A stretch of 63,302 nt of DNA, filler included, from Octopus bimaculoides (Eukaryota), in NCBI RefSeq assembly GCF_001194135.2. It is 4 parts of 4 records of this genome, joined end to end, with 100 filler letters (N's around TTAATTAATTAA, not from the genome) between each part and the next. Parts side by side here need not be neighbours in the genome. Positions count along the whole stretch, not along the records: positions 25,389 to 38,752 come from NC_068999.1; positions 38,853 to 57,368 come from NC_068989.1; 2 more parts are not named here. One strand, 5' to 3'. Of this stretch, positions 36,526 through 50,331 are shown in pieces. The position numbers and the translations under genes were made by a program. The notes below the pieces were generated by a model that saw only the letters and a program-made list of their open reading frames with translations, was not told where the DNA came from and ran no database searches. How positions within the stretch are numbered: the stretch's first letter is position 1; every line of letters begins with the position of its first letter.

Positions 36526-37310
36526 TTAACACGAGCAAGATTTATCAATCATGCTCAACTGTTGAATTTCCAAAGCTACCTATTATGTTTTATTGCAATG
36601 TTACTGCAATACATTATTTGATAACATATGTAATAATGATTATAAGTAGAAACATATGTATACATATACAGCAGAAACAGACGGTAGAAGGAAGGGGGTA
36701 AACTTCAACACCACCACCACCACCATCACCAGCGCTAACAGCCACAACACTGCCCCTCCACACGTGATTTATGGCAGAATTTTCAAGGAGAGAAATGGCA
36801 TTGTTATTACAGACTTTAATTGCTTACATAAAACGTATGTAGTTTTGGAACTCTTAAAATTGAAAGAATCAATTGTCTGATTGTCTGTCTGTGTGTCTGT
36901 CTTGGAATCTGGAATGTCTTGTAAAGTCTCGGAATTTTGACTGAATGTTTCGAAAATTTTAGCACTGGATTCTACAACGGTTTGTACTGCTATTACAATA
37001 GACTCTTTGACACAACGAAGCCATTTTCAACCGAATATCTCACCCGACATCGAAATAATACTTTTGATAAATAAATGAAATTTTCCATCGAAGACGACAT
37101 TTGACCGTTCACCTTTTCTGCCGAACGACCAGCACAAATGATTGGTTTATAGTGATCGAATGTATGTACTCACTCTCTCCATCAAATCGACGCTGTCTGA
37201 TTGGGTGCACGGTGTGCCACGCGTCAGGTGTCACATAGCAACAAGAAATGAAGTTCTGCAAACGAACACAACCAGCCGGTCTACGAATTGAAATCGCGAT
37301 CTTTATATCG

Positions 37311-37440
37311 GGACCCCAGGACGTAGTTTTTGTAAGCCCAGCACTTATTCTCCCGGTCATTGTGCCGAACCGCTAGTTTCGGGCACGTAAACACACCAAC
37401 ATGGTTGCTAAGTGATGGTGGGGGATAAACGCAGAGACAA
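37311..37440 (-). mobile_element. SINE family A 3' fragment
   Basis: ACCCCAGGAC..GTAAGCCCAGCACTTATTC..GCCGAACCGCTAG..CGTAAACACACCA. Confidence 0.75.
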
Positions 37441-37542
37441 AAATACACACACATACATACATGCATACATACACCCACACACATATATATATACATATAC
37501 ACATATATATACATATATATATACATATATATATATACATAC

Positions 37543-37577
<35 letters not shown>

Positions 37578-38645
37578 NNNNNNNNNNNNNNNNNNNNNNN
37601 NNNNNNNNNNNNNNNNNNNNNNNNNNNNNNNNNNNNNNNNNNNNNNNNNNNNNNNNNNNNNNNNNNNNNNNNNNNNNNNNNNNNNNNNNNNNNNNNNNNN
37701 NNNNNNNNNNNNNNNNNNNNNNNNNNNNNNNNNNNNNNNNNNNNNNNNNNNNNNNNNNNNNNNNNNNNNNNNNNNNNNNNNNNNNNNNNNNNNNNNNNNN
37801 NNNNNNNNNNNNNNNNNNNNNNNNNNNNNNNNNNNNNNNNNNNNNNNNNNNNNNNNNNNNNNNNNNNNNNNNNNNNNNNNNNNNNNNNNNNNNNNNNNNN
37901 NNNNNNNNNNNNNNNNNNNNNNNNNNNNNNNNNNNNNNNNNNNNNNNNNNNNNNNNNNNNNNNNNNNNNNNNNNNNNNNNNNNNNNNNNNNNNNNNNNNN
38001 NNNNNNNNNNNNNNNNNNNNNNNNNNNNNNNNNNNNNNNNNNNNNNNNNNNNNNNNNNNNNNNNNNNNNNNNNNNNNNNNNNNNNNNNNNNNNNNNNNNN
38101 NNNNNNNNNNNNNNNNNNNNNNNNNNNNNNNNNNNNNNNNNNNNNNNNNNNNNNNNNNNNNNNNNNNNNNNNNNNNNNNNNNNNNNNNNNNNNNNNNNNN
38201 NNNNNNNNNNNNNNNNNNNNNNNNNNNNNNTGATGATGATGATGATGATGATGATATACTCAAATAAATAAGTGGTAGTGCAGCTGCACTGATTTCAATG
38301 ATTGATGCTTTGTGTAGTATCATAGATCTTCATAAAAATATAACAGTAGTAACAGTGACAATAACAACAACAATAGCAGCAACGAAAATGAATTTCCTTG
38401 CTGGTGCTGTTTAGAAACAGTATTGAAAGAAGCATCCACCACTATTTGTGACACAAGATGAGATGAAGTCGTAGAAAATACCTGCTAAACAGCGATAAAA
38501 CAGACCTTTTAAGGCCTCCATCGCAGTTGTTTCTTTGGCGTTCGACAGTCTCTGAATGGAATATAGATTCATATACATACATGCATGCATACATACATAC
38601 ATGTACACATACATACATACACACATAAATACATACATACATACA

Positions 38646-38677
<32 letters not shown>

Positions 38678-38796
38678 CATATATGTACATACATACTACA
38701 TAAATATATACATACATATATGCTTGCAACATACACGATTGAATATATATATNNNNNNNNNNNNNNNNNNNNNNNNNNNNNNNNNNNNNNNNNNNN

Positions 38797-38808
38797 TTAA
38801 TTAATTAA
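38797..38808. other. Artificial scaffold-join linker
   Basis: TTAATTAATTAA between 44-N blocks. Confidence 0.95.
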
Positions 38809-40531
38809 NNNNNNNNNNNNNNNNNNNNNNNNNNNNNNNNNNNNNNNNNNNNTACATATATATTTATATATACATATATATACATACATTTATGGGATAG
38901 TAACGGGGAGCGTCTGTATGGTATGTACGTAAGATGTAAGAAAAGAAAACTAAAAGATAGCATAGTGTGTAACAAAACAAAATCTTCGAAGAGAAACGAG
39001 AGAATTTCTATAGCTTTCAACTGAGTCAGTAATATACAAGTAGTACAAATTCTACCCTGGATAACAGCTATGAAAATAGTGATGTTGTCTGGATAGTATG
39101 TTCTGAATACAAAGCGTCGTATAACCTCAACATATTTTTTTCTTGACTATTACATAAAATGTCTGGAAAGTATATTTGCACTAACAAAATTGAGAGTATA
39201 TTAAAAAAAGTAATAAGTAATTAACAGACCTTTTTACAAAATAAATATTATGAATCTATTTTATTTTTAAACCATCAATATGGAGAAATAATGATTTGTG
39301 TAACACAATTTTTTGCCTTAAAACCTATACTTGTCATAATCAGAAAGCTTTTGCATCACAATATCAATAATTAACATTACTAAAATATCTGTTCATTCAT
39401 ATTCACATGATGGATATATCTACATCAAATGATAATGTATTATGTATAATGTAATAATGACCCAAGCTAATCTATTTAATGTAAATAAAACATAGTATCT
39501 ATAATATATGATTGCCAAGCGTATAACTTTTTTCCAACAGTAAGTTGTTTAATCACATCTTACTAAAAAACATTCATACACATCAACATATCCACATTTT
39601 CCCGTATATCTGCACGCATTGCCACACAAAGAAGGAGAGAGACGGAGATAGAGCGCGGGAGATAGAGGGAGGGAGAGAAAAAGAGAGAGAAGCACACATG
39701 CACACACTCAAACACACGGACGCACGGACATCAACACACACATATCCAATGTTATAACATACAAATTATTGTGTACTGGAATACTGGCGCATTTAAGTTT
39801 CTTTAACAGTGTTGGTAGTATGATATAGAAATGCCAATATGTGTAAATAAGAAGTTTTCTTAATGCAGAATGTGGAAGGTTGAACTAAGGAAAAAAACCG
39901 ATGAAGTACGATTTCCATTTAATTTTGGCTTCATTTTTTCCGCCTCTGACAATTTTGCATATTTGGATACGTAATCATTAAGAAGTTCTATTCTGATATA
40001 TANNNNNNNNNNNNNNNNNNNNNNNNNNNNNNNNNNNNNNNNNNNNNNNNNNNNNNNNNNNNNNNNNNNNNNNNNNNNNNNNNNNNNNNNNNNNNNNNNN
40101 NNNNNNNNNNNNNNNNNNNNNNNNNNNNNNNNNNNNNNNNNNNNNNNNNNNNNNNNNNNNNNNNNNNNNNNNNNNNNNNNNNNNNNNNNNNNNNNNNNNN
40201 NNNNNNNNNNNNNNNNNNNNNNNNNNNNNNNNNNNNNNNNNNNNNNNNNNNNNNNNNNNNNNNNNNNNNNNNNNNNNNNNNNNNNNNNNNNNNNNNNNNN
40301 NNNNNNNNNNNNNNNNNNNNNNNNNNNNNNNNNNNNNNNNNNNNNNNNNNNNNNNNNNNNNNNNNNNNNNNNNNNNNNNNNNNNNNNNNNNNNNNNNNNN
40401 NNNNNNNNNNNNNNNNNNNNNNNNNNNNNNNNNNNNNNNNNNNNNNNNNNNNNNNNNNATATGCATTTTTGTGTATGTATGTATGTATGTTTGTATGTAT
40501 GTATGTATGTATGTTTGTATGTATGTATGTA

Positions 40532-40565
<34 letters not shown>

Positions 40566-42112
40566 ACTGCTAAATCCACAAGTATATTGTATTCGTGTCT
40601 TAGAATCTCACAACTGGAAATGAACTGTTCACATCCCCGTAAGATAGCAGTTCGGCAAAATTGCTAATGCAATAATTTGACAAGCTTAAAGCACTGCGTT
40701 CTGATTTGATCATTTAAGACTAGTTGGTACCTCAGTATGGCCCATGTCCAATGACTTGAACAAGTATAAGCTTATCAAAGAAAAGAAAGCTTCAATATAG
40801 ATTTCTCTTATAAACAGTATCAAGCCATTGAAACAGAATTGTTTTGAAACTGATGCACGAATAAAATTAATTAAGTGAAAAAAGAAACATTTCGTCCTAC
40901 AATTAAAAAGACTTAACGCTCATATCCAGTTTAAAATAAAGCCCATATTGATCTAAATAACAGTAGACACTTGAGTTCGTGAAAGGTTAAGCTAGAAATA
41001 CTTACCATTATATTTGGAATCCAATAGAAAAGCTTGGTTTCTCAAACGTGTATTGGAAGACTATGTCAAGAATTGCTCCTTGTTCCGAAACCGAAACATA
41101 TCGTGCGCTTTTAAATCTGGATTTTGGACATTTGATGAAGTAGTTCCAATTCTTGTCACCTGTCAAACTATTAAATCTCAATTTTACTTCTAAGAGTGAC
41201 ATCAATGCCAAACCATAGAATAAAAGGCAAAACCAGGATACAAGGCCTACTACTAACAATATTTATGCCCTCCTTTGTTGAATACAAAAGCAAAAAAAAA
41301 AAAAAAACTGCACAGAAGAAAATGCAATTAATCTTATCGACTTTTGGAGGAACTTTAACATAAAGAATGCATCGAGAAATATTAATGAGGCATGGTGTGC
41401 AATGAGGCATGGCGCACAGTAAAAGCAAGTAATGTGAGAGCTGTTTGATAAAATATAAAAACATCCCTCACTGCGCAAATTATTTCAGCGAATTTGAGGC
41501 GGAAGTTACAGAGGCTACAGGAAAACAATCACTCCACTTTGGAATGCCTCGATTAGACAATGATATTGCTATAATGAAAGTGTTGTTTGACTCGTGTGAC
41601 GTGTAATTAAATGATGAAAATCTTTTAAATTTAGAGTGGCAACTAAGTTATGAGGATTATGGCCAAATTAGAATACACGAAGCTGAAAGGCTAAGGAAAT
41701 AATTATCAATTAAATGAAATTTTGAAGATTGACAGCAAATGATAACGAATACAGATACGAGTGTAGAGAGAGCGACACAAGTCAGAAGACGACTGAAAAT
41801 ACTCTCAATTGTTATAGGCCAAACACAAAGAGAAGAAAGGAACATCAAAGCGAAGATTCCTTTCAAAAATCTTCCAGCTATTGATGCAAGTTAATAAGTT
41901 CATGAAAGAGACATAGGTGTAATTGATTTGATCTCTTCGTTATTAGTAACGATTTTCCTACACTTTTCTCTTTTAGTATCTCAGAAAGTTTGATAAGTAA
42001 CATCTTTAAAAGCTTCGACGCTAATCGGTGGTGTTACATGTATTTATAAAGTCAAAAACAATGTGGTGTTTCTGAAGTGCACGTCAGCTGCAATAATAGA
42101 GAAATACTTTTC

Positions 42113-42170
<58 letters not shown>

Positions 42171-42465
42171 NNNNNNNNNNNNNNNNNNNNNNNNNNNNNN
42201 NNNNNNNNNNNNNNNNNNNNNNNNNNNNNNNNNNNNNNNNNNNNNNNNNNNNNNNNNNNNNNNNNNNNNNNNNNNNNNNNNNNNNNNNNNNNNNNNNNNN
42301 NNNNNNNNNNNNNNNNNNNNNNNNNNNNNNNNNNNNNNNNNNNNNNNNNNNNNNNNNNNNNNNNNNNNNNNNNNNNNNNNNNNNNNNNNNNNNNNNNNNN
42401 NNNNNNNNNNNNNNNNNNNNNNNNNNNNNNNNNNNNNNNNNNNNNNNNNNNNNNNNNNNNNNNNN

Positions 42466-42518
<53 letters not shown>

Positions 42519-43075
42519 GAGAGAACGATATGTCCAAAGTGATTAATTTGACGATCGTAGGAGAGCAAAATGTTAGTTATGACATTTCGGAAATTATCCT
42601 TTCTGAAATAGAGAAAATAATAACGAAAAAAGCGATTATCCAATGTAAATAGTCCTTGTACGCTAGTTGCATAATGTAGGGGCTGATGATTTACTATTGA
42701 GTTCTTAATGTTCAAAACCTAGTGTGCAATTAGGAGATGAACAGCGTGTCTATGACACTATTATTGAGTGTGTGTGTGTATGTGTGTATGTATGTGTGTG
42801 TGTGGTTGTAGGTATGGATGAGCATACTTGTGTCTGCGTTGCTCTGTTTATCCTGTTCTATTTTGTATGCATGAATGATTGTTCTGTCAGTTATTTTAGA
42901 GCATGGAGTTATGCATTAAGTGCTAGAAAATCTTGTTGTATGTCAACGTAGACATGTTCATATGTGATATACTGTGTTACGAGAGATGGGTGTATACATG
43001 TGCTTTTTAGTATTATTTATAAATTGTTTCTTATGCGTGTGTAAGTCAGTGCATTAGTTGATTTCCATGTGTGTG

Positions 43076-43151
<76 letters not shown>

Positions 43152-44989
43152 ATTGTGGCTGGAATACACATGTATGGTTTTATTGAAAAAACAAAATGCT
43201 GATCTATGAGAAAACATGAGAAAAATGAGGTGAAAGCAAAAGGTGGAAAGAAGAAAGTTGAACAGGGAAATGTATACATAAAACCTAGGAAAGAAAGAAA
43301 ACGAAAAGTTGTTGTTTCCTCTACCCATCGAAATTGTAATTAATCCAGCTCATGTAGAGTATTTCATGGGCTTAAGTCTGTGAGACACCGGCTCAATCAG
43401 AAGATAGTGGTATCCTTCTGTTCAACAAAAGAAATTTTGTACTTGAATTTGCTAAAGTTTTCGGCTCCAGAATTAAGTAGTGTGGTCGACTTGTTGGACA
43501 GAAAAAGAATGTTTGATCTTTCGGCTATATTTTGATCTATTAATATATGGAATATGTTTTTCCATGATATTTCCCTTGACTGTATATTGTGTGAGGCTGG
43601 TCTTCAGATCCCATGAATGGCTAAAGAACTTTTTGTCTGTTTCTAATTGTGTCGGAAGGAAGAGTAGTGATTTGCATATCTTCTTTTAAAATTGCTTTCG
43701 CATAAACTGATGTAAATTTTCTTTTAGATTATGTTATTTTGGTAGTCTACTGTGACTTCAAATTCATAAACGACTGAGTTTAACGAACATGCTAAGTCGA
43801 GTGGGCAAGATGCAGGATCTCTAGAGTTACAGCTAGAAATGGGCTCTCAGTGTGGCTTGCGAGTGGTAATGTCCTTCTTTTTGGAGCAGCGACTGTATCA
43901 AAATTTTTATCAGTCGTCTATCAAAACATTTACTGTATTTCTGCATTACTGGAAAATGCTTTTCTAATAATTCTAGGTAGCTTTTGCTTATGTTAGTCTT
44001 AACATTGAAACAGAAAGAAGGTGCGAATTACATTATATTCCTGGGTCTATTTTTAGCTTTCACTTTAAAATTTTTTAGGTTACATATATTTAACTAGGGC
44101 ATTCTTAGTAAGGGCTGCTTTATCGAATATTTTTTAGATACCCTACTACTGATGTTGGCACTCAAGTTTTTAAACACTATGTTAGGTTAGCCAGGAAATA
44201 TACTTTGGGCAAATTAGTGGTTGCAGTAATTTTAAAGCCAAATTGACTAAATGAAAATATAAGATTTTTCATAGATTTATCAAGTACAGTCATGAGATAT
44301 GCCGACAAAATCGCCACACGATATAGATCAATATCGTGGGAGTGGGAACTTGGATTTCAATGTATCTAATATATAGAGACCTGCACGATCACAGATGGCT
44401 GCACTCTCATACGATCCAATCGATGCATCAAAGAATTAAGCTGTTTCGGACTTTTTAACCCACATGGAGCAGTAACTTAAATAGATGGGATTTTGGCGCA
44501 TGCATGATAAAGTGCAGATTTATGTGGCAAAATTGATATATGCTTTTGCGAAATCAATAGCCTTATCCTGTAAAGATATCGATATCGTGGAATAAGAATT
44601 TACAATATCAAAAGTATAAATCTGACCCGACAGTGCTGGTATTTGCCTAATACTGCAGTTTGGTAATTCTAAATTACTTCTTAAATCTAATACAAATATC
44701 CATTAGTATTTTCATTTTGATTGTTTGCTATCAAAGCAAATCCAGTCCTTATTGTGTTTAAAACTCTACATTACTGAAATTAGTTCTTTTATCTTTTAGA
44801 GCTATAAACAGTTCTCCTTTAGCTAAGCTTTCTAACCTAACAATAATTTAACCTCGCCTTTCGTGGAATTTAGTCTCATCTTTGATATCATTATATCTAT
44901 CTATGTTATCTTTTTCGACCAGACTAACAGATCTTGTTTCATCCAATGACCACAATGCGCTTACTATCATTATTGTAGAGTTTGAGTGG

Positions 44990-45180
44990 TGTCACCACGC
45001 TGGCCAGGCGGTTAAGTAAGAATTTTTCCTGAAAGAGACGGCATTCTGTCCTTTGCAGGGTTATCCATTTACAACTGAATACAGAGGAGCTAAGTAAAAT
45101 AAAGAGTTTTGCTGAAGAATCGAAATTATGATCTTGCAATCATGCGTGCAACACCCAAAACACTAGAGCGCGCCTTCACA
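44990..45180 (-). mobile_element. SINE family C-like, old
   Basis: AGAATCGAAATTATGATCTTGCAATCATG..ACACCCAAAACACTAGAGCGCGCCTTCAC resembles the family-C head. Confidence 0.55.
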
Positions 45181-45969
45181 TACACATGTATGTATGTATG
45201 TATGTATGTATGTATGTATGTATGTATGTATGTATANNNNNNNNNNTATATAAATATATATATATAATGATAAATTAAATATAGAGATATTCAATCGACA
45301 ACCCAATAATTTATATTACAATATTGCATTGAATACTATGAATACAATACATAACATAACAATATTATATACCATATGTAACTATAAAATCTATAGGTTT
45401 GTTACTATATATTATTCAATGTGATTCCAGCTTTGATTTTCACGTTTTATTTACAATCTTATAATAATATGACATACGATAATATAATATAATGAAATGA
45501 TAGCATATTGAATGCCCATTCTGATTGAACTAGTACTTTTATGCATGAAACTATGCAATCTGCAGGTTCATGTAGTAGTGGTGACAGTTATGTTTTACAA
45601 TTTACAACAGTAGTGAGATGGCTAAACTGTGTGCCTTAAGTACATTTGTATAGGTTCCAGAATGTTAAGTTTTGCAAACTGTATTCTGGACCAATCAGTG
45701 TGTAGTTTTACTGAATTATTTAATTTGATTGGTGTTTGGTTTGGGCGTCACGGTTTGTTCAACATGTCAAGGCACCCACATTTTGACCCTGGCCAAAGCA
45801 GTAATTTTTTGGCTAATTTTGGCTTCGATTTAAAAAAAAATAGGATGAATTTATATTAAATTCATTTGTTTCGTTCATTGCGCACCCATGACCGTTATTT
45901 GAAACGACCAATAAAACAGATCTATGTGCTTCAAATTTTATATTAGTTTTGATTGCATTGTCATTCCTT

Positions 45970-46129
45970 TCCCATTTCTAACAAAACTGTCCGATGAACG
46001 GGAACGTGAAACTCCGAGTTACAGTCTTTTGTTATATTTCTGCTGCTTTTAAATAAAGCATATTACTCTACATCTGGTATTTGAGTACTCTTTTTTCCAC
46101 CTTGTTGCACATTTTATGTGCTTACTCCG

Positions 46130-46130
<1 letters not shown>
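45970..46130 (+). mobile_element. Penelope-like terminal-repeat fragment carrying a hammerhead motif
   Basis: Contains the 45986-46025 hammerhead fold and abuts a (TA)n run; PLE assignment inferred from the ribozyme motif. Confidence 0.55.
45986..46025 (+). ncRNA. Minimal type I hammerhead ribozyme motif
   Basis: ACTGT-CCGATGA-ACG(GGAA)CGT-GAA-ACT(CCG)AGT-T-ACAGT: stems I, II and III all pair; core CUGANGA variant (U4C), GAAA, and cleavage triplet GUU. Confidence 0.65.
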
Positions 46131-46171
<41 letters not shown>

Positions 46172-46189
46172 GCACACACATATAAGTGC

Positions 46190-46400
46190 ATGATGGCAGT
46201 AAAATGTGGATATACGGGGCTAGCAAAATCCTTAGACGTAACAGCTTCCTTCGTTTCACCAGTTGCGTTGGTCGCCCGGAACGTAGTTTGTGCAAGACAC
46301 TACCTGCTTCTTTTAATTTTTTAACCGCTTTCTCCATTGCGGGAAAATAAATGGGGGTTCTTCTGAGATGACATACATTGAAAGTATTTACTATGTGTCG
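46190..46400 (-). pseudogene. Tc1/mariner transposase N-terminal HTH remnant (DUF4817-like)
   Basis: AVKKLKEAGSVLHKLRSGRPT matches the KF.ETGSV.D..RSGRP motif; after a frameshift TGETKEAV..SP. Confidence 0.65.
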
Positions 46401-47889
46401 ATATGAGTAGTACCGGTTGTAATTCTTTATCCTTTAAATAAACTCGTATTCAGTCTGTGGAAGGGAAACATCAACAACAACAACCACAACCAACTCCACC
46501 ACAGCAACAGCCACATTAGTGACAGTTCGCATCTATTCACTCTGTTTATTTAAGGTTCTTTTCTCTCTTAGAGTGTGTGCTGTTATGGATGCACTAACAT
46601 ATCGATATTTATATATACATCCCTTTTATACACATAGACAAATACATTTATATTAATGAATACGTTACAGAATGCGGAAAGTTGAAGGGTTTCTTAATTT
46701 AGAATTTTGCTTTTAATTAGGTTTTGTTTCTAACATTTAATCTATTTGCATATAAAGCAGCCGTTTTATATTCATTGTGAATAAATTTACTATGACTGCT
46801 GTGAAGGAAATTGTTGAATTCTAATGATAAAATGAAAAATCGATACTTTAAACTTCAATGACCATTTCTTTAACATTTTAATGTTCTAGGAATATCATCC
46901 GGAAATACGACTGGAAAATTTTGTTGCATACATTTTCTGTGAAAGGAATCATTTCGCAAAACGGTAAACAAGTTGTCTTCCAAAAATGCCTCAAACATAT
47001 TAGATTTAGCGTGCTTTCTGTATACAGGACATGTTGGTATTTGTGCATAAATGTGTGCTTGTGTGTCTGTTTGCGTCTCTGTGTGTCTGTGTGTATGTGA
47101 ATTTGTGTGTGAGTATATTATTGTGTGCGTAGAGAAGTCAACCCATCCTGAATTGTTATCTTGTAACTGTTTTAGGAATATTAAGCTCGTCAACATCTCG
47201 AAACATCATCACAGAATGTCTCTCTGTGATCTCGATTTCTAACAACTCGATTTTTTACAAGTTTCACATCTAGAACTTTTGAAAATCAAGATTCATTAAA
47301 ATGACGAACCAGTGTCTTCAAGCTGAATTGTAGATTTTCTTCTAATATACTTTTTATCAATTAAATAAGAAAATAGTAAGAAACGAGAACTTCTAACAAT
47401 CCGTAAAAGAAGAAAAAAAAACATGTTTAATAACCTTTATTGATTTCATACACAGAAGTTCATCATTTGAAGTTAATTGTTAGGTAATGCTATTAAACAT
47501 TTTCCCTTTGTAAGAAGTTCTCTGTCTTCACCATTTTGTAATTTTACATTTTCATCGCAATGCTTCGAGCAAAGTACAACGTTATACTTTTTTATTATTT
47601 AAATGACAATAAAGCCCCTTTACATGTTTAAACAAAGTTTAATAATTTTTGCTGCATTTCAAATCTCTAGGTCTTTTAACAACACTACGAAGGTGACGAT
47701 GACGACGACGACGACTACCACCGCCGCCGCCGCCACCACCGCCACAACCGCCGCCGCCGCCATCGCCGCCGACACCGTTTTAGTTGCCTGCAAGATCGTG
47801 ATCGATAACAGAAACCTTCTCTTCTCCCTAAACCATTGAAATAGTGACACATATCAGCTGTGACAACAAGAGGGAGAGAAAGCTACACC

Positions 47890-48045
47890 AGCACTCGGAT
47901 GATACTCGTCTTCCGCTGAATAGATCTGGTCCAGTAAAATGCAGTTCTTTCCTTAAAGATACAACGTTCCAACCGGTTCAGGAAGTGAACCCACGTCATT
48001 ATGATCATGAGCTGAACGCCTTAGCCACAAGGCTACCCACCTTCC
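47890..48045 (-). mobile_element. SINE family C-like, old
   Basis: CCGGTTCAGGAAGTGAACCCACGTCATTATGATCATGAGC..CCTTAGCCACAAGGCTACCCACCTTCC. Confidence 0.6.
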
Positions 48046-48767
48046 CACATCTATGCTACATAATAAAAAAAGATGTATCAGAGGAGATACTAGTAAAAGT
48101 TATAAATAAACATGCTAAGAATGTCTCTGTGATACTTTGTCTCAGGGAATATTTCATAAAAATAATTTTCCTCTGACCAAGGATCTTTTCGGAAGCGTCA
48201 AATTCTGACCTTTACTTCACAGGAGTTTACCCACAATCATTAGCTATATTGTAAAGGACAATGTATATGTATAATTTAGGCATAATTGGCACAATTACAT
48301 TTTCTTGGACAGCTCGTCTAACAACTGTATTCGAGATATTGATTCAGTTTTGTACCAACAATTAATAATAGGTTTCAGCCAATTGAGGGATCCTATGCGT
48401 GAAAAGATAGCCTTCCCGAAACAGCAAACGAGATGTGTCTGAAAACATACTCTAATGTTCAGAATAGAAATGTCACTGTAGATAACGCAGTCCTAGATAT
48501 ATTATATGTAAAAATAATGAACAGCAGCACCAGCAACAAAAACAGGAAGAACAACAATTTGACTCTTTCAAATATTGCTCCAAAGCAATGAGCAACATAT
48601 CTTTCGAAATATGAAGCCACACCGAAAACAATTCTAAAAAGAATAAAATAAAGCAGTGTGGAAATGTTCAAAAGGCACTATCTATTTCAAAAACATATTC
48701 CAATATATTATCATATATCTAACATAAACACGAAAGAAAAAAACCAAAAAAGAAAGACACTGAGACA

Positions 48768-48835
48768 TAAACACACACACATATACAAACACACACACAT
48801 ATACAAACACACACACATATACAAACACACATACT
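48768..48835. repeat. 18-bp minisatellite (AAACACACACACATATAC) x ~3.5
   Basis: Directly visible tandem units. Confidence 0.85.
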
Positions 48836-49591
48836 TTCATAGAATTCAGGACTACAATACAAACTTCGGCTTACATAAAATGACTTTTCACTCAAACATT
48901 CATATAAAATCTTACTGACGTCAAAGGTCACAGCTTCTTGCTACGCTTTTGCCAGTAATATTTCCGCTTTGTGTCCACTGAAGATGATAAATATCCGCAA
49001 GTATAACTGAGTGTTTATATTGTTTGCTTGTTTATGTGTGCATGTATGTGTGTGTTCGTGCTCTAGATTGTGTAATATTTTTATCAGTAAATCTGTAAAA
49101 AAAACGTGAAAGTAAAATACGAAGAAATGAAAGTGAAAAGCTGGAATTAATGACAATAAAACAGGAAAGAAGTAAAAGCAATTCAAAGATAAAACTGCTG
49201 TCACATAGCGATGAGGGAACTAAGAAACAGCGATAACATATGAAGCCAATTGACAGCAATGAACATATTGGGATTTGCAAAAGGGATTGTGTGTGGTGTA
49301 TTGAAGTAATCGCTTATTTGAAAACATTGATACTGGGACCAGCGAGGGGGTTGATTTTCAGGAGAAAAGGAAACAAATGCAGCAGCGAGACGGAAGTAAG
49401 GTTGGGTACGGTGGTGTTTGTGTGTTATGGAGCTACTGACGAATAGCTGTTTATAATACAGCTGTGTTCTCAGGGAGCCAATTGTAGGTTAGGGAAAATG
49501 TTGGGGGAAGTGACTGAAAACGATTGGAATATTGGCAGTTTCTGTAGGATAATGTTGTAGAAGAGAATAGATTGATGTAGATGGGAGGTAA

Positions 49592-49900
49592 ATGAATGCG
49601 AACTTGGATGAGACTTTTAAAACAGTGATCGACATCGGAAGATATGCAAGCTTTACAATAAAACACTTCAGCGACACAAGATCCATTCTTCTGATTGACC
49701 TTCAACTGAACATCATAGAAGGAGTTTCAATCAATATGGGTTTGTACAGGAAAGTGTCTGGTGGATGCCTCTTCGTAAACTTCATGACTGTGACCGTTGT
49801 CAGAGCCCAAACAAGATACGTGCGTAGTACACGTACCGGTATCCTAGACAAATGCCGAAATAGAGGATACTGAATCATCCAAACCACGCTATTCCTCACA
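49592..49900 (+). pseudogene. Possible Penelope-like reverse transcriptase C-terminal remnant
   Basis: LDETFK..ASFTIKHFSDTRSILLIDLQLNIIEGVSINMGLYRK..ILDKCRNRGY resembles PLE FT.E.S...I.FLDL...I..G.I...LYRK and L..RGYP motifs, but is highly diverged. Confidence 0.4.
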
Positions 49901-49976
49901 TATGCTGGAATCAACGGACATCCAGTTTCTTTAGTTTACAAAATTCAGAGGCTCAGATGCAATCTTTTATAATCTA

Positions 49977-50331
49977 TCTTTTACTTGTTTCAGTCAACAG
50001 ACTACAGCTATGCAGGGGCATCACCTTGAAGAAGATCGAATCGAATGAATCGATCCCAGTATTAATTTTGTTAAAGCCTGGTTCTGAATCTAAGTTACGA
50101 AGACCTACGCAGAAGACCTACCAGTTGTCAAAATGTGATGGAGGACAAAGACGCAGAAGAACACACATAGATATACATACGACGGGCGTCTTTCAATTTC
50201 CGCCTACCAAATCCATTCACAAGTTTCTAGTCGGCCTTGTTTAAGACACTTGCACATGGTGTCACGCAGTAGGGCTGAATACAGAACCAAGTGGTTGCGT
50301 AACAAGCTTCTTACCACACAGTCACGCCTGT
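49977..50331 (-). mobile_element. SINE family A, near full length, diverged
   Basis: TCTTTTACTTGTTTCAGTC..TACGACGGGCGTCTTTCAATTTCCGCCTACCAAATCC..CTTCTTACCACACAGTCACGCC. Confidence 0.82.

Noticed and set aside
39860-41160. Possible minus-strand exons (RIELLNDYVSKYAKLSEAEK..; strong donor at ~41005)
   Set aside because: Phases do not join, stops occur in the candidate frames and no family is recognisable.
42518-42652. MSKVINLTIVGEQNVSYD.. resembling the start of a small GTPase
   Set aside because: No GKS/T P-loop or other G motifs, only about 40 aa, and it abuts a microsatellite.
881-42715. Long ORFs of X, YI, HT, VC, SL, RE or poly-M/H (e.g. 15169-16152, 32650-33781, 37373-38323)
   Set aside because: Translations of N gaps and di-/trinucleotide microsatellites.
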